Source: an uncultured delta proteobacterium
GTDB taxonomy: Bacteria > Desulfobacterota > Desulfuromonadia > Geobacterales > Pseudopelobacteraceae
DNA: 64,000 bases
Assembly (NCBI GenBank): GCA_963772835.1
Contig: CAVYYZ010000002.1
Location: 352,001-416,000, forward strand
Direction: 5' to 3'
Position numbers and translations under genes: made by a program. The notes under the pieces were generated by a model. It saw nothing but the letters and a program-made list of their open reading frames with translations, was not told where the DNA came from and made no database searches. Of the stretch, positions 1 to 10,541 are shown one piece after another. Every line of letters starts with the position of its first letter. Within the stretch, counting starts at the first letter, position 1.

Positions 1-357
1 CAGACACAAACACCTCTGGTTATTCACTGGCCGGGGAAGAAGCCTGAAGTGTATACCCATACGACAAGTCATCTGGATATTGTCCCTACACTGATGAAAG
101 ACCTGTTTGCCTGTAAGACCGAGGCATCGAAATTCAGTAATGGCAGATATTTACTGGACACATCCCCCCGCCCGTATGTACTGATAAGTTCATGGGACAC
201 GTTCAGCACCAACGAGCCTGACAGAATAACCGTCGTGCAGAAGTCTGGCGAGATTGATATTCTTGACACATCCTACCGGCCACTACCCGGAGCAAAAATA
301 CGGCCTGAAATTTCGAAAAGTGCAATGGAAGGGATGGGGCGGTTTTATGCTCGATGA
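1..357 (+). CDS. YejM/PbgA-like sulfatase-family protein, C-terminal part (5' truncated by window)
   Basis: Frame open from base 1: QTPLVIHWPG...TSHLDIVPTLM...FSNGRYLL resembles the YejM sulfatase C-terminus. Confidence 0.7.
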   Translation, partial: QTQTPLVIHWPGKKPEVYTHTTSHLDIVPTLMKDLFACKTEASKFSNGRYLLDTSPRPYVLISSWDTFSTNEPDRITVVQKSGEIDILDTSYRPLPGAKIRPEISKSAMEGMGRFYAR

Positions 358-373
358 AGGGCCGAAACGAACC

Positions 374-1240
374 ATGAAAGCGTACCTCTTTGTCAACCCC
401 GCATCCGGCAGTCACTCAAACAAGCATTTGCAGTTTGCACTGGAGCGATTACGCGAGCACTCAGTGATTCCGGTAATTTTCCAGGTCCGTACTCCGGTTG
501 AAATTTTTGCCTGTTGTAATGTCATCAATAAGGAGAAAGAATCACCTCTGGTGATTGTCGCCGGAGGTGACGGGACATTCAATGCGGTAGTCAACGGGTT
601 GGAACCGGGCACCGCAACGCTGGCAGTCCTGCCGTTCGGCACCTCCAACGTGCTGGCAGCGGAGATCGGAATAACATCGATTGATGATGCTCTTGACCGG
701 ATTAACGCCGGGAAAACTCAATCTCTGTCGGTAGGAGTCCTTGAACTTAAGGAGCGAACACTCCGATTCGTACTCATGGCCGGAATCGGACTTGACGGGG
801 CCGTCGTCAGAGATGTGTGGCCCCTGGGAAAAAAGTTCCTGCGACAGGGGGCCTATGCCCTGTCTGCGTTGAAAAGTGCAGTTTCATGGGATTCCACTTT
901 TTTTGAAGTCAGCACACCTGGGGGAGATATTACGTGCCATACCGCTATTATCTGCAATGCCTCCCGCTATGGTGGTAATTTTATCCTGTCACCCGGTTTC
1001 AGCCCCTTTTCGTCGGGACTGTCTGCCGTCTGCGTAAATGGTAACAGGCGCAGCACGTATCTGAGCTGCGCACTGGATCTGCTCCAAAACAGGACGGAAA
1101 CAAACAGCGAACTGAGCCGGATAGACTCTTCAATATTTGAAATCCGCGGGGAGCACCCCATCCAGATAGATGGTGATTTCGTCGGCTATGGGCCGGCACG
1201 TATAACCGAATATGTCGATTTTGCTAAGATTATTGTGTAG
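374..1240 (+). CDS. Diacylglycerol/lipid kinase family protein (YegS/DAGK)
   Basis: NPASG, AGGDGT, PFGTSN and QIDGD motifs; start at MKAYLF chosen. Confidence 0.9.
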   Translation: MKAYLFVNPASGSHSNKHLQFALERLREHSVIPVIFQVRTPVEIFACCNVINKEKESPLVIVAGGDGTFNAVVNGLEPGTATLAVLPFGTSNVLAAEIGITSIDDALDRINAGKTQSLSVGVLELKERTLRFVLMAGIGLDGAVVRDVWPLGKKFLRQGAYALSALKSAVSWDSTFFEVSTPGGDITCHTAIICNASRYGGNFILSPGFSPFSSGLSAVCVNGNRRSTYLSCALDLLQNRTETNSELSRIDSSIFEIRGEHPIQIDGDFVGYGPARITEYVDFAKIIV

Positions 1241-1291
1241 TGATGTTTCTTTAGGTTCCCATTCATTCAGTAGACAGGATGTACATTCACC

Positions 1292-2083
1292 ATGGCACTT
1301 CATCGTTTTTCCCGCACCGAGCTTCTGATTGGAACTGCAGGTTTATCAACTCTGGCCGCTACACACATCATGATCTGCGGTATCGGCGGGGTCGGCAGCT
1401 ATGCAGCCGAGGCACTGGGGCGGGCCGGTGTCGGGAAAATCACTCTGGTTGATTTTGACGACATCTGCCTGACCAACATTAATCGACAGATCCATGCTCT
1501 GTCCAGCACGGTAGGACAGCAGAAAGTTGAAGCAATGGCGGCGAGGTTGCGCGATATCAATCCGGGGGCAGAGATCGTACCGGTCAAAGAATTCTTCTCT
1601 CAGGATAACGCCGCAGAGCTGCTTACCCCCCGTCCCGATTATGTACTGGATGCGATTGACCATTTCACCGCCAAAACGTCGCTGATAACAATCTGCCGGC
1701 AGCAGGGAATTCCGGTCATCTCCAGCATGGGGGCTGCAAACAAACTCGATCCAACGAAGATACTGGTCTCCGACATCTCAGCCACTAAAAACTGCCGCAT
1801 GGCCCGCAGTATGCGGAGAATTCTGAAAAATGCCGGCGTCACAACGGGAGTGCAGGTGGTCTATTCAACCGAACTGCACCGTGAACTTGATCCCGCATCT
1901 TCAAGTGCCTGCGGCATTGACTGTATCTGCCCCAACAGATCAGAACAGACGTTCAGCTGCGAACATCGGCGGGTGATTCTCGGCAGCATTTCATACATCC
2001 CATCGATCTTCGGTTTGACGATGGCAGGATTTGTCGTTAATGAGCTTTTGAGCCTGAATAACAGCCCGGCAAAAAAAGATTAA
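1292..2083 (+). CDS. tcdA: tRNA threonylcarbamoyladenosine dehydratase (ThiF/E1-like)
   Basis: GIGGVGS, DFDDICLTNINRQ, SSMGAANKLDP. Confidence 0.88.
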   Translation: MALHRFSRTELLIGTAGLSTLAATHIMICGIGGVGSYAAEALGRAGVGKITLVDFDDICLTNINRQIHALSSTVGQQKVEAMAARLRDINPGAEIVPVKEFFSQDNAAELLTPRPDYVLDAIDHFTAKTSLITICRQQGIPVISSMGAANKLDPTKILVSDISATKNCRMARSMRRILKNAGVTTGVQVVYSTELHRELDPASSSACGIDCICPNRSEQTFSCEHRRVILGSISYIPSIFGLTMAGFVVNELLSLNNSPAKKD

Positions 2084-2113
2084 GCATTTACCGACATATC
2101 GTGCTGTTTTTTA

Positions 2114-2143
2114 TTGACAAGCCCTGAAAATAAAGGGTAACGT
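2114..2143 (+). promoter_or_regulatory. Putative sigma70 promoter for rho
   Basis: TTGACA at 2114-2119 and TAACGT 18 bp downstream. Confidence 0.5.
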
Positions 2144-2369
2144 CACATCCACCTCAGACTGAACATCCTGGCATCCGTACAGATCCCTAGACTTCTTCAA
2201 ACGTACACAAATTCGTATCTACTGGAAAAATCATATTCTGCTGCATGAGCCAAAAGCTCCCGTCTTTGACAGACACCATTAAAAACAGCCACGTCATAGT
2301 TTCCCCGGAAGAGTTAAGCCCATCTATGCTAAATCCCCATACCAAGAACAACACGACGCAGGAGAACAG

Positions 2370-3617
2370 ATGAATTTACAGGAGCTTAAAGGCAAGAAGA
2401 TCAGTGACCTCAACACTATTGCACGGGATCTCAACATCGAAGGGGCGTCGAGTCTCCGAAAACAGGATCTGATTTTTGCGATCCTGAACGCCCAGACAGA
2501 ACAGAATGGTTCGATTTTCGGCGAAGGTGTTCTGGAAACACTTCAGGACGGGTTCGGCTTTCTCCGCGCAACCGACTACAACTATCTGCCAGGCCCGGAT
2601 GATATTTATGTTTCTCCCAGTCAGATCAGGCGTTTCAACCTGCGCACCGGTGATACCGTTTCAGGCCAGATCAGACCTCCTAAAGAGGGCGAGCGTTATT
2701 TCGCACTGCTTAAAGTTGAGTCAGTCAACCACGAATCGCCGGAAATTGCCCGCGACAAGATCCTCTTTGACAACCTGACGCCGCTTTACCCGCAGGAAAA
2801 ACTCACCCTCGAGACAACATCGGAAAATATGCCGATGCGCGTCATTGAACTGGTGGCTCCCATCGGGAAAGGGCAGCGAGGCCTTATTGTTGCGCCTCCA
2901 CGTACCGGCAAGACCGTTCTGATCCAGAACATTGCCAACTCGATAGCCGCCAATCACCCGGAAGTCTATCTGATTGTCCTGTTGATCGACGAACGTCCCG
3001 AAGAGGTAACCGACATGCAGCGCTCCGTTAATGGTGAAGTTGTATCGTCCACGTTTGACGAACCTGCCACCCGCCACGTTCAGGTTGCCGAGATGGTTAT
3101 CGAAAAGGCCAAGCGACTCGTTGAGCATAAAAAAGATGTTGTCATTCTTCTTGATTCCATCACCCGTCTGGCCCGGGCTTACAATACGGTATTGCCGCCG
3201 TCCGGCAAAATTCTGACCGGCGGCGTGGACGCCAACGCCCTTCAGAAACCGAAGCGTTTCTTCGGTGCGGCCCGTAATATTGAAGAGGGTGGTTCACTGA
3301 CAATCATCGCCACTGCACTGGTCGATACCGGCAGCAAAATGGATGACGTCATCTTTGAAGAATTCAAAGGCACCGGCAATATGGAACTGCATCTTGACCG
3401 CAAACTGGTTGAGAAGCGCACTTTCCCGGCCATTGACATCAACAAATCAGGAACCCGTAAGGAAGAACTGCTTATAGAGAAGAGCTCTCTCAACCGTATC
3501 TGGATTCTGCGCAAGGTTATTCACCCGATGAACGTGGTTGACAGTATTGAGTTTCTGCTGGACAAACTTTCAGAAGCCAAGACAAATCAGGCTTTTTTGG
3601 ATTCGATGTCGAAATAA
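2370..3617 (+). CDS. rho: Transcription termination factor Rho
   Basis: [36 protein letters not shown]. Confidence 0.99.
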   Translation: MNLQELKGKKISDLNTIARDLNIEGASSLRKQDLIFAILNAQTEQNGSIFGEGVLETLQDGFGFLRATDYNYLPGPDDIYVSPSQIRRFNLRTGDTVSGQIRPPKEGERYFALLKVESVNHESPEIARDKILFDNLTPLYPQEKLTLETTSENMPMRVIELVAPIGKGQRGLIVAPPRTGKTVLIQNIANSIAANHPEVYLIVLLIDERPEEVTDMQRSVNGEVVSSTFDEPATRHVQVAEMVIEKAKRLVEHKKDVVILLDSITRLARAYNTVLPPSGKILTGGVDANALQKPKRFFGAARNIEEGGSLTIIATALVDTGSKMDDVIFEEFKGTGNMELHLDRKLVEKRTFPAIDINKSGTRKEELLIEKSSLNRIWILRKVIHPMNVVDSIEFLLDKLSEAKTNQAFLDSMSK

Positions 3618-3621
3618 ATTG

Positions 3622-3650
3622 TTGCAAAAAATATTCAAAATATATACTAT
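3622..3650 (+). promoter_or_regulatory. Putative sigma70 promoter for rpmE
   Basis: TTGCAA-17 bp-TACTAT. Confidence 0.55.
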
Positions 3651-3711
3651 GACTCTTTACTGTTCATAATTGATTACGTTACGCTGCAAAGCACTACTGA
3701 AGGAGGAAGAG

Positions 3712-3912
3712 ATGAAAGAAGGTATTCACCCGGATTATTCCGAAATTACCGTTAAGTGCCTGTGCGGTAATACATTTGAGACCCGCTCCACAAAAAAAGA
3801 GATCAGCACTGAGATCTGTTCTGCCTGCCATCCGTTTTACACCGGAAAGCAGAAGTTAATTGACACAGCCGGACGTGTTGATCGTTACAAAAAGCGTTAC
3901 GGCCAGATTTGA
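3712..3912 (+). CDS. rpmE: 50S ribosomal protein L31 (Zn-binding type)
   Basis: [35 protein letters not shown]. Confidence 0.98.
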   Translation: MKEGIHPDYSEITVKCLCGNTFETRSTKKEISTEICSACHPFYTGKQKLIDTAGRVDRYKKRYGQI

Positions 3913-3935
3913 TCGATCATTTCGTAGCCACATGA

Positions 3936-3972
3936 GAGGGGCTTTGTCGCGAGGCAAATCCCCTTTTTTTTC
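3936..3972 (+). terminator. Intrinsic terminator after rpmE
   Basis: AGGGG-CTTTGTC...GGCAAAT-CCCCT hairpin followed by T-run. Confidence 0.7.
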
Positions 3973-4083
3973 TCCTGGTGCCCCTGCTTCCACCAAGCCG
4001 GCTTCCGGGGCACCTACTACCAATTCAGAGCATGCCGGCTTACATGACCATTGCTTACCCGAGCATGGCTCGAACAGGACACT

Positions 4084-4776
4084 ATGAACGTTACCCTGAT
4101 CGAACACACCCCCAATCCTGAACGTACCGTAGCACTGGCCGCCCGTCTCTGTTACTCGCCTGCTTCAATTGATGATTTACGGGAAAAACTGGCGGCATCT
4201 GACATCGAGTCGTTTCTGGACAAGATCATGTCATTGGGCCACCATTCGGTACTTGAACACGCTTCCTTTACCTTCGGCATCGAGGGGGTTTCGCGGGTCA
4301 CCACTCACCAGCTGGTACGTCACCGCATCGCCTCATTTTCTCAGCAATCCCAGCGCTACGTTTCACATAAGGAGGAATTCGCCTCCATCATGCCGGACAC
4401 CATTGCCGAAAATGCTGAAGCACGGCAGATTTTTGCCGGTATGTCGGAAACCATTCACAAGGCCTATGGTCAGCTGATCGAGTTGGGGATTCCGGCCGAG
4501 GATGCCCGTTACATCCTGCCCAATGCCGCCGAGACGAAGATTATTATGACCATGAACGCCCGGGAACTGCTGCACTTTTTTGCCCTGCGCTGCTGTCAAC
4601 GCGCTCAGTGGGAAATCCGGGCTATGAGTGATGAGATGCTGCGCCTTGTAAAAAAAACAGCGCCGATTCTCTTCCGCCAGGCCGGTCCTGGATGCGTAGG
4701 AGGCCCCTGCCCGGAAGGAAAGTTCTGTTGCGGGAAGACGGCCGAAATCAGGGAATTTTACAAAAATCTGCAATAG
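4084..4776 (+). CDS. thyX: FAD-dependent thymidylate synthase
   Basis: GHHSVLEH, RHRIASFSQQSQRY, EDARYILP, AQWEIR. Confidence 0.98.
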   Translation: MNVTLIEHTPNPERTVALAARLCYSPASIDDLREKLAASDIESFLDKIMSLGHHSVLEHASFTFGIEGVSRVTTHQLVRHRIASFSQQSQRYVSHKEEFASIMPDTIAENAEARQIFAGMSETIHKAYGQLIELGIPAEDARYILPNAAETKIIMTMNARELLHFFALRCCQRAQWEIRAMSDEMLRLVKKTAPILFRQAGPGCVGGPCPEGKFCCGKTAEIREFYKNLQ

Positions 4777-4792
4777 TTCTGAGCAGGGCAAG

Positions 4793-4926
4793 CCGGAATC
4801 AGAATCTTCAACGCAAAGACGCTAAGACACAAAGACGCAGAGAAAAGCGTTTTATAAAAGTTTGATTCATGATTTTGTTTACTTTGCGTCTTCGCGCCAT
4901 TGCGTCTTTGCGTTAGGCTTTTCCGG
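4793..4926. repeat. Palindromic intergenic element with arms of 4x 8-nt ACGCAAAG-like units
   Basis: Left arm 4810-4842 is an imperfect reverse complement of right arm 4882-4914; AT-rich loop; CCGGAA/TTCCGG ends. Confidence 0.8.
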
Positions 4927-4983
4927 GCATTTAACTCATATTTTTGTAATAAATTAAAATCGAAATAAAACCAAAGAGGTTCC

Positions 4984-5925
4984 ATGGATAAGATACATGT
5001 CGGCGGCCAGGCCGTTATTGAAGGGGTGATGATGCGCGCGCCCCGTTCGGTCGCCATTGCTGTACGCAGGCCCGATGGTGAAATCGTAGTCAAAAGAGAG
5101 CTTGTAGTACCGCTCTCCGAGCGTTTTCCGGTAGTGAAACTGCCGATAGTGCGCGGTGCGGTGGCACTCGTTTCGTCTCTGATCATCGGCATCAAGGCCC
5201 TGAATTTCTCAGCCAATGAAGCGATGACTGAAGATGAAAAAGAGATTGAAACGAAAAAGAACGCCGGGAAAGAGAAGGGGGGCGATCTCTCTTCGTGGGC
5301 CATGGCCGGGACTATGGCTATGGCCTTCGGTTTTGGTATCTGCCTGTTTTTCCTGTTCCCGCTTTACCTGACCAAGCTGCTGACGCCGGTCATCGGCGAC
5401 AACAACCTCATCTTTAATCTTGTGGATGGTGTCATCAGGGTGTTTGTGTTCCTCCTCTACATCTGGGCCATCTCACGAATGGAAGATATTCAGCGGGTTT
5501 TTCAGTATCACGGAGCCGAACACAAATCTATTTTTGCCTTTGAAGCCGGAGTTGCGTTGACGGTTGAGAATGTTCGACGCTACAACCGTCTCCATCCACG
5601 GTGCGGCACCAGTTTTCTGCTGATCGTTATGCTGGTCAGCATAGCCGTATTCTCCCTGATTCCCAAGCTCTGGCCGTTTTATCTTAAAGCGGGATCGCGC
5701 ATAGTGCTGTTACCGATGATCGCCGGCATTTCCTATGAATTTCTCAAATGGAGCGCAACGCACGACAGCCACCCGCTCGTCAAAATGGTTATCACCCCCG
5801 GCCTGGCACTGCAGCGCCTGACCACCAGAGAGCCTGACGACAGTCAGATTGAAGTTGCCATTCGTGCCATGAATGAAGCACTGGAGGTAAATGCAGGCTA
5901 CAAGGACGACCGGTTAGTGGTATAA
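4984..5925 (+). CDS. DUF1385 family membrane protein
   Basis: GGQAVIEGVMMR, YHGAEHK, HPRCGTSF, TTREPDD. Confidence 0.93.
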   Translation: MDKIHVGGQAVIEGVMMRAPRSVAIAVRRPDGEIVVKRELVVPLSERFPVVKLPIVRGAVALVSSLIIGIKALNFSANEAMTEDEKEIETKKNAGKEKGGDLSSWAMAGTMAMAFGFGICLFFLFPLYLTKLLTPVIGDNNLIFNLVDGVIRVFVFLLYIWAISRMEDIQRVFQYHGAEHKSIFAFEAGVALTVENVRRYNRLHPRCGTSFLLIVMLVSIAVFSLIPKLWPFYLKAGSRIVLLPMIAGISYEFLKWSATHDSHPLVKMVITPGLALQRLTTREPDDSQIEVAIRAMNEALEVNAGYKDDRLVV

Positions 5926-5952
5926 GCCGGCTTTCTCAGATCTGTCACTCGT

Positions 5953-6831
5953 ATGCTCTCCTATGTAATAACCCACCAGGACCACTGCCGAAGAATGGAA
6001 AGCTATCTGCGGACACTGATGCCGAAATCCCCGTTCGGCTATGCCCGTAAACTGATTAAAAGCGGTGCAGCCGTACTCAATGGCGCTCAGGCTTCAGCCG
6101 ATGTATTTCTAAACGTCCATGACACCATCACGCTCAAAGAAAGCGCTGTTACGGTCGCACACCTGTCAGCGATCCGACCGGATCTTGACATACTGTACGA
6201 AGACGGCCAGATCCTGGTTGCCAACAAGCCTCCCGGGCTGCCGATGCACCGAACCGCAGAATTTGAGGACAACCTGGTGGATGTTGGCCAGGACTATATG
6301 ATTCAGCGCGCGTCGCCCTGTAAATTATACCCGGTCAACCGGTTGGATCGCGGCACATCCGGAGCGGTTATTATGGCCAAAAGTTCCAGCTCTGCGGCAA
6401 TCTACGGCCGTCAGGTAAAGGAGACGGGCCTGGACAAGCTTTACCTGGCTCTGGTATGGGGGGTTCCTGAAAGCACCGGCGTTATCAACGAACCGCTGGA
6501 TGACAAGGAGTCCGAAACCCGATTCAGGATACTTCTTGCAGGAGACAATTGTTCTCTGCTGGCCGTTACCCCGATCAGCGGGCGTATGCATCAGATCCGC
6601 CGTCATATGGCATCAATAGGACGTCCGGTTGTTGGTGACAAACGATACGGCGGTGGAGATATGCCGGAACTGTCGGGATTCGCGCTGCACTCATTCCGGA
6701 CAGCACTTGTACTGGCTGAATCGGGGGGACTCACAGTATGTGCTCCGGTCTCGGATGAAATGCTGAATCTCTGCGAACTGAGAGGGATCATGCGCGACAA
6801 ATTACTGGAAACGGTATATCGTCTGGTTTAA
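5953..6831 (+). CDS. RluA-family pseudouridine synthase
   Basis: NKPPGL, VNRLDRGTSG, GRMHQIRRH, GDKRYG. Confidence 0.92.
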   Translation: MLSYVITHQDHCRRMESYLRTLMPKSPFGYARKLIKSGAAVLNGAQASADVFLNVHDTITLKESAVTVAHLSAIRPDLDILYEDGQILVANKPPGLPMHRTAEFEDNLVDVGQDYMIQRASPCKLYPVNRLDRGTSGAVIMAKSSSSAAIYGRQVKETGLDKLYLALVWGVPESTGVINEPLDDKESETRFRILLAGDNCSLLAVTPISGRMHQIRRHMASIGRPVVGDKRYGGGDMPELSGFALHSFRTALVLAESGGLTVCAPVSDEMLNLCELRGIMRDKLLETVYRLV

Positions 6832-6881
6832 AATAATCCTGCGTGCTTCGGGATGTTTTGTCTGCGGCAAAAGGAGACATC

Positions 6882-7649
6882 ATGAAAGAAAAAACTATTT
6901 TCATCACCGGCGCGTCTGCCGGGTTCGGCGCTGCCTGCGCCCGCATGTTTGCGTCCGATGGCAACCGGCTGATCCTGACAGCCCGAAGAATTGATCCGCT
7001 CCTGAAGCTGCAGGAGGAACTATCGTCAGATGCAGAAATACAGGTAATCCCGCTTGATGTGAGTGACCGTCAGGCGGTACAGGGAGCGATTGAGTCTCTA
7101 CCGGAGCGCTTCCGGAATATCGACGTGCTGCTGAACAATGCAGGACTGGCTTTAGGACTGGAACCGGCTCATCGGGTAGATCTTGATGACTGGGAGACCA
7201 TGGTGGATACCAACATAAAAGGCCTGATGTACTGCACCCGATTCGTACTGCCAGGAATGGTGGCCCGTAATCGTGGTCACATCATCAATATCAGCTCAAC
7301 TGCCGGTGCCTGGCCCTATCCGGGAGGCAATGTGTACGGCGGCACCAAAGCCTTCGTAACCCAGTTTTCCCGAAACCTGCGGTGCGATCTGCTCGGGACC
7401 CGTGTGAGGGTTTCCTGTATTCAGCCCGGCATGGCTGAAACTGAATTTTCAAAGGTGCGTTTCAAAGGTAATGACGAACTTGCCGCCACTGTTTACCAGG
7501 GGACAGATCCTCTGATGGCGGAAGATATCGCTGAAACGGTTCGCTGGATTGTCAGCCAACCGCCTCATGTTAATGTCAACACCCTGGAGTTGATGTCCAT
7601 TGATCAGGCCTGGGGCCCGTTCGCTATTCACCGGAAAGGGACGCCATAA
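6882..7649 (+). CDS. SDR oxidoreductase, YdfG-like
   Basis: TGASAGFG, NNAGLALG, YGGTK; AAGGAG RBS. Confidence 0.9.
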   Translation: MKEKTIFITGASAGFGAACARMFASDGNRLILTARRIDPLLKLQEELSSDAEIQVIPLDVSDRQAVQGAIESLPERFRNIDVLLNNAGLALGLEPAHRVDLDDWETMVDTNIKGLMYCTRFVLPGMVARNRGHIINISSTAGAWPYPGGNVYGGTKAFVTQFSRNLRCDLLGTRVRVSCIQPGMAETEFSKVRFKGNDELAATVYQGTDPLMAEDIAETVRWIVSQPPHVNVNTLELMSIDQAWGPFAIHRKGTP

Positions 7650-7748
7650 TTCAGCCCCCGGTTCGTTGCCTCGATGCAAACTTCCTCGACATAGTCAGAT
7701 GCTATGTCTGCGTCGTTTGCCTCTCGCCGCCTGCCGGTCATCTGAATT
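7648..7748. repeat. Long imperfect hairpin (REP-like intergenic element)
   Basis: Nested inverted pairs AATTCAG/CTGAATT, CCGG/CCGG, GCAAAC/GTTTGC, GACATAG/CTATGTC. Confidence 0.6.
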
Positions 7749-7791
7749 CTGACACCCCAAAACGCATACTGTAATCATAAGGATATTAGAC

Positions 7792-8424
7792 ATGGCAAAA
7801 GAGCTCTACGTTGGACATATCTCGGAACAGGCAACCGAAGAAGATCTTCGCAAACTTTTTGAGATTATGGGAGTTGTCACCTCAGTACACCTGATCGTAG
7901 ATGAGCAGACCGGTGAATTCAAACGCTGCGGATATGTCAGGATGCTGTCGGAAGTCAACCTGAATGAGGTAGTTGAAACGCTGGATGGCACATACCTGAT
8001 TGACCGCTGTATTGTCGTCAGCATTGCCGTTCCGCAGAAAGATCGTCCGGCAAAGACACCGTACGTCAAGAAAAAACCTGGAACGGGTTCTCGTCCGCTG
8101 CCTGCCGCCCGGCCGGCTGCAGGTGCCCGTCCTGTCGGAGCTCGATCCACTGGCTCACGTCCGGCGCCGGTTGAGAGCACCGCCGGAAGTACGCGACCTG
8201 CTGCGGTAAAGCCTGCGAAGAGTGCCCGTCCTATCGTTAAAGAGGCAACAAAGACAGGTCGTTCTTCCGCAGCAAAAGAGGCGGTGAGAAAATACCGCCC
8301 CAAAGTGACTAAAGATGGTTCTGCAAGTGAACGTCCCGCGCCCGCTTCCAAACGGACCGGACGCCCGGCAGCCGGCAAACGGCAGGGAGAGGGTTCACGC
8401 CCACCGGCCAAAGGGCGCAGATAA
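7792..8424 (+). CDS. RRM RNA-binding protein with long basic low-complexity tail
   Basis: LYVGHI (RNP2) and KRCGYVRM (RNP1); about 125-aa R/P/A/K/G/S tail. Confidence 0.85.
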   Translation: MAKELYVGHISEQATEEDLRKLFEIMGVVTSVHLIVDEQTGEFKRCGYVRMLSEVNLNEVVETLDGTYLIDRCIVVSIAVPQKDRPAKTPYVKKKPGTGSRPLPAARPAAGARPVGARSTGSRPAPVESTAGSTRPAAVKPAKSARPIVKEATKTGRSSAAKEAVRKYRPKVTKDGSASERPAPASKRTGRPAAGKRQGEGSRPPAKGRR

Positions 8425-8582
8425 ACAGTTACATGCAGCGTCGCCCCACCCTCCTTCTGGGCACTCTCAGAGGGGAAACGGAACCGTTCATCCTTCCCTG
8501 TGAGCTTCAGGCAGCCCGCAGGGAAGGTAATATGAGTTATTCTTGCAATCGACAGATTTCAGTCCACCTCAAGGAGCACGCC

Positions 8583-10250
8583 ATGAAGATTTGTAGCTTC
8601 ATTTTACTGCTGACCCTCCTGAACATTCCCGTCCTCGCATTTTCAGCAGAACCGCAACGTATTCCCGCACCGTCCCGCATAACAGCCGTCACCGTCTACG
8701 CCGACCGGGCACTGACCACCCGCAGCACGACACTTACTCTCAAACCGGGAAGTTACCTGATCACCTTTGAATCTCTGCCGGCACTGATACTGGATGACTC
8801 GGTACGGGTTGATGGCAAAGGAACCGCAGCGACGATAATAACGGGTCTGGAAATAAAACGGGTTTTTCTGGAACAACGGGGCGAGAAACGTGTGCAGGAG
8901 CTGCAGGAGGAAATCCGTACTCTGGAAAAACGCTCCGCCGGCCTGGATGCAAAAAAAGCCGGCATCACCGCGCAAAAAGCCTTTCTCGAATCAATCCGGG
9001 TCGCCTGGGGTGACCGCATCTCGAAGGAACTGGCTGTCGGCCGCCCGACCGCAGCAGAGCTTCAGGATGCCTCCACGTTTGTCGGCAACGGTATAGCCAG
9101 GGCAGAAGAGCAGAGCAGGGAAATCGAGTTTGACAAGAAGATCATCATGGACAGGATCGACGCCCTTCACCGTCAGCAGAATGAGGCAACCGGTTCGGGT
9201 CGCAAAGAGGTCAAAACAGTCGAGGTGGCAGTTGAGGTCACCGGCAAAGGGAACCTGACACTTGAACTGACATCAATGATTTCCCGGGCAAGCTGGGAAC
9301 CGGCCTACGATGTCCGTCTCGCCTCAGACAGCAAAACAGCTGATCTTGTCTTTCATGCAAATATCCGCCAACAGACCGGTGAAGAGTGGCATGACGTCGA
9401 CCTGACCCTTTCCACCGCTCGCCCCGCCATCGGCGGTGCGCCGCCGGAGCTGACTCAATGGAATGTTTCATTTTACCGCCCCCGCCCGATGATGACGGAA
9501 AGGGTCTACCCTTCTGCAGCACCGGCGTATTCCGCTAGTGCGAAAAAGGTCAGCAGGGGCCAGATTGATTCCGGTGCTTCAGATATGGTAGCGGCCGAAG
9601 AAGCCGCCGCCGAATTTTCCGTTGCCAGGATCAGTGAGGAACAGTCCTCGGTTTCGTTCCACGTTCCCCGCCCGCTCGACATCCCGTCCGACGGCAACCG
9701 CCACGGCACCGTGGTCGCAGTTGAACAGCTGCCTGCCAGTATCGAATACCTTGCCATACCAAAACTGTCGACAGCGGTATTCCTCAAATCAGAGTTTGTC
9801 AACCGCGCCCCCTACCCGTTCCTGCCCGGTAAGGTCAACACCTTTATCGGCACCAGCTTCACCGGCAGTTCCCAGCTGAAAAAAGTCGCCGCAGGGGAAA
9901 AGTTCGAACTGTTTTTCGGCAATGATGACCAGGTATCGGTAAAACGGGATGAGTTGAAGCAGCACAAGGAGGCGGGGCTGTTCGGTAAAAACCGCATCAG
10001 CTACCGCTATCGCATCGAGATGAACAATTTCCGCAAGGAACCGCTGACCCTCTCCCTGCAAGACCAGTTACCGGTAGCCGGCGAAGAGGAGATCAAGGTA
10101 TCACTGGAGGATCCGTCCCTCAAGCCGGCGGAGATCAAGGGCGATGGCACGGTGGTCTGGAAGACGCAGCTGATGGCGGGAGAAAAGAAGGAGTTGACCT
10201 TTGGCATCCTGGTGGAATACCCGAAAGACAAAGAAATCACCGGTATGTAA
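8583..10250 (+). CDS. DUF4140/DUF4139 (MuiA-like) exported protein
   Basis: Signal peptide, ITAVTVYADRA, ASWEPAYD, QQTGEEW, LSTARP; AAGGAG RBS before 8583. Confidence 0.88.
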   Translation: MKICSFILLLTLLNIPVLAFSAEPQRIPAPSRITAVTVYADRALTTRSTTLTLKPGSYLITFESLPALILDDSVRVDGKGTAATIITGLEIKRVFLEQRGEKRVQELQEEIRTLEKRSAGLDAKKAGITAQKAFLESIRVAWGDRISKELAVGRPTAAELQDASTFVGNGIARAEEQSREIEFDKKIIMDRIDALHRQQNEATGSGRKEVKTVEVAVEVTGKGNLTLELTSMISRASWEPAYDVRLASDSKTADLVFHANIRQQTGEEWHDVDLTLSTARPAIGGAPPELTQWNVSFYRPRPMMTERVYPSAAPAYSASAKKVSRGQIDSGASDMVAAEEAAAEFSVARISEEQSSVSFHVPRPLDIPSDGNRHGTVVAVEQLPASIEYLAIPKLSTAVFLKSEFVNRAPYPFLPGKVNTFIGTSFTGSSQLKKVAAGEKFELFFGNDDQVSVKRDELKQHKEAGLFGKNRISYRYRIEMNNFRKEPLTLSLQDQLPVAGEEEIKVSLEDPSLKPAEIKGDGTVVWKTQLMAGEKKELTFGILVEYPKDKEITGM

Positions 10251-10541
10251 ACTCGGTCAGATGCTTGCGATAACGCAGCGGGACAAGCTCTGCTGCAGTA
10301 TTGGATTATGCCGTTCTGTGATTGCGTGGCGCTGAAAACAGCGCGGCCACAGAGCGGCATAGTCGTGTTCTGTCGCGGTGAGTACCGGCCGGGCGGACAG
10401 TTAGACGTCCCTGATCAGCCGCCATGATGTCAGAAAGTTCATGGTCAGATCGACATCTTCGTCAGGCGTCACTGCAATGAGAACTGCATACTGCATGACA
10501 GAATGTGTCATGCAGTAATGCAACAGCCAAAGACAATACGG

